Source: Vicugna vicugna
Lineage: Eukaryota
Direction: 5' to 3'
DNA: 64,000 nt
Assembly: GCA_013265495.1 (NCBI GenBank)
Contig: MU057947.1
Span: 1,126,048-1,190,047, forward strand
Shown in pieces: positions 1 to 11,522 of the stretch; the first letter of the stretch is position 1; each line of letters opens with the position of its first letter. The notes beneath the pieces were generated by a model, which saw nothing but the letters and a program-made list of their open reading frames with translations, did no database searches and was not told where the DNA came from. Both the position numbers and the translations under genes were made by a program.

Positions 1-389
1 GTGGGATGCGGGCTCTGCAGAGGTGGTCGGGCTGCTGGGTGAGCAGAGGGGCTTCTCCTTCAGGAGGTGACCCTGGGGCCTGAGTGACAGGCCAGGTGTG
101 CTGGGGGGAGCTGGGAGGCCTCAGATCAGGACACAGGGGTTGGGGTGGTGATGAGGCCGAGGAAGCCCCGGGGGAGGGCAGGGCCCACGGAGGCTTGTTT
201 GCTGCACATGGGGTGCTTCCTTCTGGGCTGAGGCCAGGGGTGTGTGAAGCTGCATAAACGTGCCCCTGTTCTGGAAGGCCCGTTGCGCGTGGGTCACTGC
301 TGTAGGCTGAGAGCAGCCGCGGGGCAGAGAGGGACAGGACGGGCTGAGACGTTCAGCAGGTGGATATAGTTGTGAGCCTTCAAAGATGT

Positions 390-745
390 CATTATGGGTG
401 CATTGTGCCCCCCCAAAGATGTTGAAGTCCTGACCCTAGTCCCTGCGAATGTGACCTTACTGGGGAAGAGGGTCAAGTGAGGATGAGGTCATCGGGTGGG
501 CCCTGACCCCTGAGACTCACGTCCTTAAGAAGAGGGGAAACGTGGACACAGAGAGAGATGTGCACAGAGGGAAGATGACGTGAAGGCACGGGGAGAAGAC
601 AGCCAGCCACACACCAGGGACCCCGGAGGCCCCTAGAAGCCAGGAGAGAGGCCTGGGGCAGAGTCTCCCTCAGCCTCAGGAGGAACCCACCCCCTGACAT
701 CTGGCTTTGGACCCCTGGCCTCTGGCGGGTGAGAGGGTCCATCCC
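390..745 (+). mobile_element. MaLR LTR, MLT1A/B/C-like
   Basis: MLT1 hallmarks: 'attgtgccccccaaagatgttgaagtcctgacc', 'gaatgtgaccttactgggg', 'gtccttaagaagagg', 'gagtctccctcagcctcaggaggaacc'. Confidence 0.8.
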
Positions 746-2869
746 AGCCCAGCCCTGCTGCACTGCCCAGTCTCTCCCACAGCCCCGGGGCCCGACCCTC
801 CTCCAGGCACAGCCGCGGGAGCTTGCCTGCATCTGTGCCGGGAGGGCACTCGCCACATCCCCATGGACCACGTCCCAGTGGACCATGTCCCTCTGCTGCA
901 TCCTGGCCTCGCCCACTGCCCCGTGTGGGGCTCATCACAGGCAGAGCAGCCCAGCGGTGCTGCAGCTGGAGAGCAACACACAGCCATGGAAGTAACAGTG
1001 CCTGAAAAATCATCTAAGGGAGGACCGTTCTCCAGCCGGCAGCTCTGAGGGAAGGAGGCACTGAGTTAGGCAGGAGGGCTGAGGGCTGAAGGGAGCCGGT
1101 CCTCGGGCCCGGGGGCCACTCTGTCAGGGAGGAACAAAGCTCTCCTGCCGAGACTGGACCAGGCCGTCCGCCCTCTCCACCGCTTGCTCCCCGGCGGCCG
1201 TTCGGGCTGGATCAGTGCAGGTGCTGGGCCCCATTCCCCGGCTTTGTGCAGCTTCTGTGCCTTTCTGGCCTAGCCGTGACCTGCATCTCTTTGGGTTTTC
1301 TGTTTCCAGAACTGGCCTTCCCCATCTTTACGGGGCTGCCTTTCCCCTCCCAGCTGGCCGACGTCTCCTTCGGGTGGTGGTCCTTGTGGGTAACTAACAA
1401 AACTCATTTACCGATTTCTCTTTCATATGTTGATGGCAGAGCTTAAACAAAACGTATTGAGTATTAATATTTTGATCTGAAACACCAAAGCGTTTTCCTG
1501 GATAAATATTATGGCAGTGAAAAAAATCTATTTTAAAAGCATTTTAAAAACTCTTTTTTCAACTGAAGATTAACTTATAATTAAAACATTTTTGGCAAAC
1601 ATTTTTATCTTACTCGGGGGTGAACAAAGAGTTAGGTGCAAATGGTTATTGATTTGGGGCTCCTGTGATCACCTTACTGTTTTGATTAAATAATGAATGC
1701 CATGAACTTTAAAACCTGATCTATCGATTTCTGCCTTGTTTTGGGTTCTGAAAACATTTTCACAATCAATAGGTCGACAGGAACTCTGGAAACTTAGATC
1801 TTCATGTTCCAGTGGAAATTGTGGTACGTGGCCATAGTCCTTCAGTCACTCCAGGATTTGGGAGAAACCGTTTTAGTTTATGAAGAGTATAGATTCTAAT
1901 TAATTGAAGGCCCCAGCGCTGTATTTGTTTTAATTAATATTAATGCAGGTTGGTCATTAATATGTGATTGGAATACAGTGGAACGTGTGTTACTTAGACA
2001 AAGTGCGCATTTAGCAGGCTGTGAAGTCAGTGGCGTGGAGAGCAGTTTGCACGGGAAAACAGAAAACGTGCAAAGTGAGAGATGGTTTGGGCTCAGAGCC
2101 AGCCCACGTGACCTGCCCCGGTTCTGTGGTTGTTTATTTACTGCTGCTTCATCCCGGAGCTCGGGGGACGCCCTCAGAATTACCGGCACCAGGCTCTTCT
2201 GCCCCCGCAGGACCTCGACGCTGTTTCACAAGCCTGAATGTGTTCCTCGGTTTGGATCTCTTTCAGAGAGCGGCTAAGTGGCTTGCCCAGGTGGGCGGCG
2301 GGGCTGTGGTCCCGTGGGTCCCCTCGCCGTCTTTCATCCCCGAGTCCTGCGGGCACGCTAGGACTGCTCCTCCAGAAAGCCTGTAATCTGTCTCACCACA
2401 GGAGTGAGGCTCCCTAATTGAAATAGTGTTCTTTCCAGCCCTGAGGCTAACGCTGAGAACTCTGAGGCATGGCGTACTCCGGGTTGATGGAACTAATTAA
2501 GTTTAATTAACAAATTTCAGGAAAAACCGCTGGAAAGCCTCCTGGGCTTGAGAGGAAAGCATGGAAGTTTCCCACATGGAGTGCCCCCTCCCCCGGCTGA
2601 TAACTCACTGATAAATTATTAATGTCTTTTATCACTGTGGCAATAGATTTGGGTCTCCTTTGCTCTGTGACCCTTTGATCATTGAAATGAAGCTTTGATC
2701 CTGTGTTTCACTCTTCACTGAAACGAGTCCTTGGACCTTTAATGCCGGAAGTTAGATGCCTTCAAAGAATCCTGATGTTATGGCAGTTTCCAAAAAAAAA
2801 AAAAGCTTGAAGGATGAGACTCGGGCCCCGGGTGGAGCAGCGATGTCTAAGGGGAATGTGGGTGGCGAC

Positions 2870-3650
2870 TGTGAGAGAGGAGGTGCAGAGGGAGAGGTGG
2901 GGGAACTTCCCACCTGCGGTGACGTCCCCTCTGCTTCCGCAGCAGTCCTGACACTAACTGAGGTCTTCCAGTCCAACTCTGTTCTGACACTGACCCCCCC
3001 GGAGTTACCACAGACCCCACAAGTTAAAGGGCAGCGTCCCGCAGGACTGCCCTCACTTCATTGGCAGCCCCAGCTGGGGTTCCCCAGGCCACCCCACTTC
3101 TGTGTGACTCGGCTACAAATTCAGGGATTCCTGCGGGAACCCCCGAAGTCCGTAATTCACTGAAATGACTCGCAGAGCTCAGGAAACGCTGTGCTTAACC
3201 ACGACTGTTTCCTCATGAAGGGTGCACACGGCCAGTTGGCTGCAGAGCTACGCAGAGTGAGGTCTGGAAGGGTCCCAGGTGCAGGGGCAGCTGTCTCTGG
3301 GGTTGGGCTGCGTCACCCTCTGGTGTATCCATAGGAGTGTCAGCCAGGAAACCCCCAGCCCCGTTGCCCAGAGCTCTGTCGGGTGTCATTTTGCAGGAAT
3401 GATTGATTCTGTCACTGGCGCTGTGACTGAACTCATCCGCCAGCCCCTTCCGTCCCCCGGAGGCCAGGCAGCTGAAAGGTCCAGACCTTAGTCCCCTGCT
3501 GGTTCCTTTTCTGGAGTTGGGCCCCACCCAGAAGCTTTATCCCTCCTCTCAGAGTCATCTCATTAGCAGAACAAAGACACTCCCATCACCCAAGAAATTC
3601 CAAGGGTTTTGAAGCTCTGTGCAGAGGCCAGATCTGTTTCTTATTATACA
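2870..3650 (-). mobile_element. MER21-like LTR
   Basis: Reverse-orientation MER21 motifs: 'ttctgacactga...cagaccccacaagttaaagggc', 'actcgcagagctcaggaaac', 'tcatctcattagc...catcacccaagaaattccaagggttttgaagctctgtg'. Left boundary approximate. Confidence 0.7.
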
Positions 3651-5800
3651 TGGCACCCGAGAGCCACGTGCCTGGAACCCAGCCCTGGCGGGGCAGTCAC
3701 GGCGCTGGGCGCGTTGGCCAGAAACGGCCAGTTCAGTGACCCTGGAGAAGAGCTGCTCTCCGACCTTGTAGCTCAACCTGACCTTGCCCAGCAGATGCTC
3801 TGGGGCTGCGGCCAGGTCCCCCCTTGTTCGAGAACGTGGACCCTGCAGTCCCCAGAAGCGGCAGAAGAAGCATTTGTTGAATTCATGTTTCACACGCTTA
3901 GATATAAAACAGAACAAACAAACAAGAAAAGACAAGAATGACATTTTCCAGATATGACCTTAGAGGAGATGATTTGCGAGAATCCACTGGCTCCAAGGTT
4001 TGCGCTTTGCTCTTGTAACCCAGACGTCGCCAGCAGGACCCTGTGCCTTAAGTTTCGGATGAAGGTGCTGGCATCTCCCACCCCGGAGAGCGCGCGCACG
4101 CGCACATACCCCCCATCCCTCGTGTGGGCGAAACCCAGCATCTCTCCCCGTCTCCTCAGGTGGGGTCGGCACACCAGGGCCCGTGGGTCAGACCTGCCTC
4201 GATGCCTGTCTTCATATAAAAACGTCCGAGCACAGTGGTGCACGCTGTTTGTCAGCGTCTGGTCTGCTTTTGTGATGCTGGGCAGGGCTGACAAGCAGCA
4301 GCAGCGACCTCGTGGTCCGCAAAGCTGCAAGTACTCTCTGACCCTTCGCAGCGGAGGTTGCCGGCCCCGCCCTCCCCCCAGCGCTGTCAGCTGCCCCCCG
4401 ACCCCGGCCCCCAGCGCCCGTGGTGTCTTGCACAGACGGACGCAGGCCTCGCTTCCTGTCCCCGTGCCTTTCAGATTCTGCCCTGTGGGCTTTCTCTCTA
4501 AAGCCGGGGGCGCAGCGAGGGATGTGGACAGGAGTGTGCTCTGCTCTGGAGGGGAGCCGAGTCGCCCCTTAGGAGGAGGGGCTGCCGTAGTTCGGTTTCA
4601 CGTTGTATTTATCTCCTCTTGGGTTACACTGTAATAAAGGCGAGCCCCCCGCAGGCGTGGGCGGCCCTGGATAAGTCTCTGATGGACTCAGCGCTGCCCC
4701 AGAGCCGTGCTCAGCCGGGACACGGGGAGCACTGGGACCCGCCACCTTCTCTTCTGAAAATAAAGAAGTGGCGGAGGTTTAAGGAACTACAAAGGCTTGG
4801 GGACCGCTGGCTCAGTTCTTCTCTCCCCCGTTCTTAGTTCACCTGGTGCTGCTGCGTCGTCTGGAGAAAACCCTCGCTTTGGGCGTTTGTGTCCCTTGTG
4901 GGAGTCCTCCTGGGCGTCCCCCGGCCTCCGAGCTCCTTTGGTGGCGCTTTCTGAGATGCTCAGAGTCGGGCACCCCTGTGCTTTTGGAGGCTCCTGACGC
5001 CCTCGGGGCCCTGGTCCCCCGTTCATCGCAGCGGAAACGAGGAGGGGCGGTCACAGCAGGCGTCCTGCTCCTGTGGGTGTGAAGTCATCACCCACCGGGT
5101 CCAGTGGGAGGGGTGCTCCCGCCCCTGCCCTCTTGGCTCTTGCTCTTTCGAAACTCACTTTGTCAGATTTTGCATTTAGTGAAAACTTTAAGTTGCTCCC
5201 TGTGCTGGCTTCTGGGGAAGCCTTGGTTTTCTCTGGCTTAGACGTGGGGCACGGACCAGGGCGGCTTACTCCATGGTCTCCCTGCAGACTCGGGGAAGGA
5301 GCGCCCAGGCCCAGGGGACGAGCCACGTGAGGGGTCCCCTGCTGTTCCCACGGGTGCCGGGGGTGGGAGGACACCGGCGGGCTGTGCCAGCACCTGCTCC
5401 TGCTCACGGGCTCTGAGCGTCTCCCTTGACCCCTAACCCGGAGCCACACAGGTGCCCTCAGACTCTCCCCGGCCATGCTCGTCCCTCCCCTGGTGGCGAC
5501 ACACATGGACCTGTCACTCCGTTTGTCATCACTTCCGCCCCTACCTTGCCTGCCTGACACGCTCCTCCCGCCGGCCCACCTGGACCCTCCTTTGTGGTCC
5601 CAAGTCAGTGTCCTCCGTTTCTGTCTGAAAACCCAGAGCAGAGACCCAGCAGGCACGGTTCCACGCAGACTCTCCTACAAGACGCGTGGGCGTCCATCCA
5701 TGAGACTGATCAAAACGCGTTTCTCATGATAATAAACTTCTCTCTGCTCAGTGCTTCCCATCTCTGAGAGTTCAGATCAGAGTCACCTTAACCTGCCCCA

Positions 5801-5832
5801 GGGGCACAGTCAGACGGGGCACAGTCAGACGG
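5801..5832. repeat. 15-bp tandem duplication (ggggcacagtcagac x2)
   Basis: Read directly. Confidence 0.85.
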
Positions 5833-7109
5833 AGCCCAGCGAGAGTGTGGGGAGGGGACGATGTCCCCAAAGTCACGAGGCTCGTGCTTTCGAATCCGGG
5901 ATGTTGTCCTCCTCATGGGCTTCGCTGACATCGGACTGAAGTGTGTCAGCAGAGTCTCTGCAGATGCAGAGCGCTGGCACCTGCTGGATGCTGCGCTCCG
6001 GAGCGAGCTCCCTGCTTGCGAGCTCCCTTCACGAACCTTTTCGACAGAAGGGAAAGTCTGAAAAAAGCAGGGCCCTCTCCTGTCCTCACTCCCATTTGTC
6101 ACTGAGCACATGGTAGATACTGAACAGAATATTCTGGAAAGAGTGGAGAGCCTAGTGGATGCTGTTGGAGCCCAGAGTGTGACCCGTCCTCCAGCCAGAA
6201 GCTGTGCCTACCCCGCATGGTTGATGGTGACGGCCTTTCCCGCTCTGAGCGTGGTGCTCCCGTCCTGCTGCTGTCAGGGCGCTGGGCTGGGGTCGGGGCC
6301 CAGAGAGCGAGGGGCGGGATAGGAGACGGCCTTCTGATGGGCTTTGCCGGTGGAAGGGCTGCCGTGGGGAGGAGGCCTGCCCTCCCTCCTCCTCTCTCTT
6401 CAAAGGCTTCCCTGCAGCTTCAGAGCTCTTCCCCTGTGAGAAATCCTGCTCTTTGAAAACCCCACAGCAGAACTGTGTGCTCCTGGGGCGGGAACTGCCC
6501 TCCTGTGACTCACGGGGACGCCCAAGAGCAGAGAGTGGGCGAACTCTCCTGAGTTGGTCCTTCCCTGGGCTGGCAGAGGGGCTGCCTCAGGTGCAGTGAC
6601 CACCAGGATTCTCGTGTTAAATTCAGTGTCAGGAAAACATCTGGTGGCTGTGTGTCCCTCATGCTCCAGATCTGCTGTCTCCAAGGTCCCCGTGGGGGCT
6701 GCTCGGGGCAGGGATGGTGTGTGGTCTGCCCTCCCCACCCCCACCCCAGCAGCGTGTGTGCGATGGCATCATTCTCCAGGGCAGCTTTCCCAACCCCCTG
6801 TGTTCCACTCGCCGCATGGTCACCAGGCCTGGGTGGCCGGTGGGAGGCCAGTTTTGTCTCTTCCTCCTTCCCTGACCCGAGCCTCCCTCCTGTGGAGGCC
6901 CCGGGGAGTGCCTTAGGCCTCTGCTTCCGGCCATGTCAGTGCATCCACCTCGATCCATCTGAGATACTCTGATACTTATGCCCCAAAAAGAGAGCGTGCC
7001 AGGTGGCTCCTGAGGTGCCCCACTGCACAGGTGTGCCCGCCCGCTCACCGTCGTGGGCGCCCCCCTGGGAAGGGGCCTCCAAGGGGAGGGTGGAGGAAGG
7101 GACGTGGGT

Positions 7110-7210
7110 TTTCAGGCAGTGCTTTGTGTAGCTGGTCTACGCATCTGATCTTCACGACCAGCTTTAAGAGTTGTGTGCCGGCTTTATGAAGATGGGAAAG
7201 GTCTCACGTG
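7110..7210 (-). mobile_element. Degenerate MIR fragment
   Basis: 'atctgatcttcacgaccagc...tttatgaagatgggaaagg' resembles the reverse MIR core. Confidence 0.4.
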
Positions 7211-8288
7211 TAGACACATGCTTAATGATGCGGCCTCGTCAGCCCACAGACGTACAGAGAAGCCCATCCTGTCCCGCTCCTCCAGCACTCCCCTGCCGGC
7301 ACTCGGGTCTGAATCTCGCCCTGTCTGAGAGGTGATTGCTGTGAGCAGCCTGGGGTTTTCCTTCCGGAATTTTTTCTGGGCGTTCGTTGTGCATAACTGG
7401 GGTCCTCCGCCACGGGGTGGTTGGGTGTCCTGCCCCTTTCACTTCCTGCATGCGGTGTTTCTCTGCCGAAGCCTTCACAAACATGCACAAACTTCGCAGT
7501 TTAAAGCAACACCTGTTTCTCATCCCATGGTGTCTGTGGGTCCGAGGCCTGGGCACAGCTTCTGTGTCTCACGGGTTTTCTACTTAGAGTCTCAGGGGAT
7601 GGGGTCACACGGTTGGCAAGGTTGCGGTCCTTGCTGGAGGTCCTGGGATCGATCTGTGTCTGTTCATTCAGGTGTCGGAGGATGCAGCCCTGTGTGGTTG
7701 TAGGACTGAGGCCCTGTTATTGTGCTGGCTGTCGGCAGGGGTGGTCCTCGGGTTCCAGAGGCTGCTGTGATCCTGGGCTCCTGGCGCCCCTCCTCCACCA
7801 TCAGAGCCAGCAGCGGTGGGAGGGGCCTCTCTCCTGCTTCCACCGTCTGTGCCCCCCACCGCCACACCCCCCTCTCTGCTGTTCCTCTTCTGCTCTGAAG
7901 GGCTCAGGTGACTACACAGAGCCCACTTGGATGATCCAGGACACCCTCCCTACTTTATTTTTTTATTTTTTAAACATTTTTTAATTGAGTAATAGTCATT
8001 TTACAATGCTGTGTCAAGTTCCAGTGTAGAGCAGAATTTTTCAGTTATACATGAACATACATATATTCATTGTCACTTTTTTTTTTGCTGTGAGCTACTA
8101 CAAGATCTTGTATATACTTCCCTGTGCTATACAGTATAATCTCGTTTATCTATTCTACATTTTAAATCCCAGTCTGTCCCTTCCCACCCCCCGCCCCCAT
8201 GGCAACCACAGGTTTGTATTCTATGTCTGTGAGTCTGTTTCTGTTTTGTATGTATGTATGTATATATGTATGTATTTATTTATTTATT

Positions 8289-8657
8289 TTAGATTTCACA
8301 CACGAGTGATCTCATATGGTATTTTTCTTTTTCTTTCTGCCTTAGTTCACTTAGAATGACATTCTCCAGGAACATCCATGTTGCTGCAAATGGCGTTATG
8401 TTGTCAGTTTTTGTGGCTGAATAGTATTCCATCGTATAAATATACCACATCTTCTTTATTCAGTCAGCTGTTGATGGATATCTAGGCTGCTTCCATGTCT
8501 TGGCTATTGTAAATAGTGCTGCTGTGAACATTGGGGTGCAGGTGTCATTTTGAAGTAGGGTTCCTTCTGGATATGTGCCCAGGAGCGGGATTCCTGGGTC
8601 ACATTGTAAGTCTACTCCTAGTCTTTTGAGGAATCTCCATACTGTTTTCCACGGTGG
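8289..8657 (-). pseudogene. ORF2: L1 ORF2p C-terminal remnant (122 codons plus stop, one internal stop)
   Basis: Manual translation PPWKTVWRFLKRL...DPGIPLLGTYP...TCTPMFTAALFTIAKTWKQP...MWYIYTMEYYSA... is the canonical end of ORF2p. Confidence 0.92.
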
Positions 8658-8800
8658 CTTTCCTTGCTTCCCTCACCCACTCTTAATGATTTAGATGTCT
8701 TCTTTTACAATTTTGTGCTTATTCTATTTGTAATTCATGGAAGTTATCTCCTTTCCAGGTATGAGTTTCTCATTTCTGTAGCATCCTGCTTCACTTCTGT

Positions 8801-9703
8801 TTAGAGTAGACCTGTCAGTATTTCTTTTAGCTTGGGTTTAGTGTTGCTAAACTCTTTGAGTTTTTGCTTGTCTGTGAAGTTTTTTAACTCTCCTTCTATT
8901 CTAAAGGATAACCTTGTTGAATAGAGTATCCTAGGCTGCATCTTTTTTTCATTCAGGACTTTGAATATATCTTGCCACTCCCTTCTGGCCTGTAGTGTTT
9001 GTGTAGAGAAATCAGCTGAGAGCCTTATGGGGGTTCCCTTGTAACTCACTCTTTGTTTTTCTCTTGCTGGCTTTAGGATCATTTCTTTATCCTTGACTCT
9101 GGCCATTTTGATTATGATATGTCTTGGTGTGGGTCTGTTTGGGTTCTTCCTGTTTGGGACCCTCTGAGCCTTCTGTACTTGGATATCTGATTCCTTCTTT
9201 AGGTTTGGGAAGTTTTCAGTCATGATTTCTTCCAATACCTTTTCAATCCCCTTTGTTCTTTCTTCCCCTTCTGGAACCCCTACTATGCGTAGATTGGCAC
9301 GCTTTATATTACCACATAGGTCCCTTATATTGTTTTCATTGTTTTTTATTTGCTTTTCTCTCAGCTGTTCTGATTGGGTGCTTTCTGTTGTCCTGTCTTC
9401 TAGGTCACTTATTCGTTCTTCTGCATTATCTAGCCTGCTTTGCACAGCCTTTAGGTCAGCTCTCATCTAAGCCAATGAGTTTACTAATTCTACTTGGTTC
9501 TTCTTTATAGCTTCTATTTCATTTTTGACATATTTTATATCTCTAAACACTATTTCTTTAAGTTCCTTCAGTACTTTAATCACTCCTTTTTTGAAATCTT
9601 GATCTAGTAGGCCATCGATGTCTATTTCCTTGATTGTGCTTTCAGGGGATTTCTCTTGATCTTTTAACTGGGAGTGGTTCCTCTGCTTCTTCATATTGCT
9701 CAT
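8801..9703 (-). pseudogene. ORF1: L1 ORF1p (300 codons) with a single in-frame TAG at 9467-9469
   Basis: ORFs 9467..9703 and 8801..9466 are in frame and contiguous; coiled-coil (RLDNAEERISDLED), NLRIVGVPEGEE, ENFPNL, TPRHIIIK, YKGTPIRLSADFS and ARREW motifs. Confidence 0.95.
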
Positions 9704-10489
9704 ATCTTTCTGGCACTGTGGCTGGTGGACAGGCGGGTCACTCTCCCTCCTGATGCCACAGTCAGATGCTGCGCTTGGGCGAGGCAGGTGGGCCGATCTC
9801 GCTGTCTCCCAGCACCGTGGTCAGGTGCTGCATTCCTGCCTGGAAGGCGTTTGGCTGCCTGCCCTCTCCCGGTGCTGGTCACTCCACTGCTCTGTGCGGC
9901 TGCGCACTCTGCCTCAGGTTGGCGCCCTGAAGGTGGGCTCGGGGAAGACCGCGGAACGGCCCTGCCCCTGCTCTGTGCCAAATCTCAGCTCCTTGTTTGT
10001 CTTGGTGGCGCGAGTTCTCTGGGGTGCCAGGGCAGAAAGATCCTATCTGCCTTGGGCTGTAAACAAGTCTCAGTCCTGCCTAGGAGGTTGCAGAGCCCCC
10101 AGGTGCAGATTCAGGCCTCGGCCCTGCCCCCACCCCCACCCGGGCGCTGTGCACAGGAGGAGGTGGCGGCTGTGGCTGCGCCCCGCCTCTCTTCTTGCAA
10201 GAAGCGCCAGTAACGGTGCCGCAGGTCTGAGGAGACAGACTATGCGCCCCTCCCCCCAGGGCATACCAGCCGTGTTGCTTTGCTTTTTTCGCAATTTATA
10301 GGGGACGGAGATTGTTCTGCTCCGTGTCCCCTCTCAGCCACAGCATGCAGCCCCCTGCAGTCCCCTGGGGCTGCCTCACTGCAGCCGCCCCCGTCCTCTG
10401 CCCGGCTCAGGTGGCCTGTCCCGGCCCCAGCTGCCAGCTCGCGTCTCAGGCTGGTGTCGCGGGGACCCTTTGTGCCCGTTTAACTTAGC

Positions 10490-10822
10490 GTCTGTCAAGG
10501 GATGCTCGGGGCAGATCTGAGCCTCAGAGGCTCCCCCTCCGTCCCACTGGCCTCTCTGTTGGAGGGGGAGACCCAGTGAATGAGCACCAGTCCTCCTTTG
10601 CTGCTCCCTCCCTGTGGGACAGGTCCCACACTGTTTTGCTTTTTCTTCTTTCTATTCTGTCTGTCAAGGGATGCTCAGGGCAGATCTGAGCCTCAGAGGC
10701 TCCCCCTCCGTCCCACTGGCCTCTCTGTTGGAGGGGGAGACCCAGTGAATGAGCACCAGTCCTCCTTTGCTGCTCCCTCCCTGTGGGACAGGTCCCACAC
10801 TGTTTTGCTTTTTCTTCTTTCT
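10490..10822. repeat. 169-bp-period tandem duplication within the L1 5'UTR
   Basis: 10490-10653 matches 10659-10822 with one visible mismatch (ctcgggg vs ctcaggg); ORFs at 10580 and 10749 share the same N-terminal translation. Confidence 0.95.
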
Positions 10823-10981
10823 TTTTTCCTTTTCTCCTGCCAGATTTTTGGCGTCTTTGTGTTTTGAAGAGGTCGCTGTTCTGTCGGCATTCGGCAGGTG
10901 CTCTGGTTGGCTGAGTGGGTCTGTAGATGTGAGTTTTGATGTGTTTGTGGGAGAGGGTGAGCTATGAGTGTCCTTCTACTC

Positions 10982-10992
10982 TGCCATCTTGC
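10982..10992 (-). promoter_or_regulatory. YY1-type site at the L1 5' end (CAAGATGGC)
   Basis: Plus strand gccatcttg lies a few bases inside the TSD, the position of the YY1 site in mammalian L1 promoters. Confidence 0.7.
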
Positions 10993-11059
10993 TTCTCCCT
11001 CTCTACTTTAAAGTCAGCTCATCAGTCACCTTAATTCCCTCTGCAAAGTCCCTTCACAG

Positions 11060-11522
11060 TGATAGTGGGGTGAATGGTGTCTCCCCCAAATTCATGTCTG
11101 TGAGATATCAGAATGTGACCCCCTTGGGAAATAGGGTCATTGCAGCTATAAAGAGTCAAGGAGCAAGGTCAGGCTGGGTTAGGATGGACCCTACGTCCAT
11201 GACTGGTGTCCTTATAAGAAGAGGAGAGGAGACGCAGAGATGTGGAGAAGATGGCATGGGGAGGGTAGAGGCAGAGACGGGGGTGAGGCATCCACAAGCC
11301 AAGGAGCAAACTCCAGGGACTCACAGGAGCCACCAGGAGCTGGAAGGAGAGGGCAGGATGGACTACTCCTTGGAGCCTTCGGAAGACCCTCCTGACTCCC
11401 TGATTCTGACTTCCAGCCTCTGGAGTGGTGAGAGGAATGTCTCTGTGCTAGGAACTTCTGAACGCGCTAAGAAAGCTCCCGGTTTGTGGGTGTTCGCTAG
11501 GTGGCCCTGGGAAGTGGGCTCA
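11060..11522 (+). mobile_element. MLT1B/C-like LTR nested in the MLT1E-like LTR
   Basis: 'tgaatggtgtctcccccaaattcatgtc', 'agaatgtgacc...ggaaataggg', 'atgactggtgtccttataagaagagg', 'ccacaagccaagga'. Confidence 0.85.

Larger units (their letters stand above)
7957..10996 (-). mobile_element. LINE-1 with complete 5' end and ORF1 but ORF2 almost entirely deleted
   Basis: T-rich tail at 7957; 13-bp TSD ccctc(c/t)ctacttt at 7944-7956 and 10997-11009, followed by AA (endonuclease-type CTTT/AA site); minus-strand 5' end GGAGAAGCAAGATGGCAG; ORF1 and the ORF2 C-terminus are recognisable. Confidence 0.95.

Noticed and set aside
9674..10301. ORF0-like antisense ORFs in the L1 5'UTR
   Set aside because: Non-ATG starts and open frames are expected in a GC-rich UTR; no similarity to primate ORF0 is evident.
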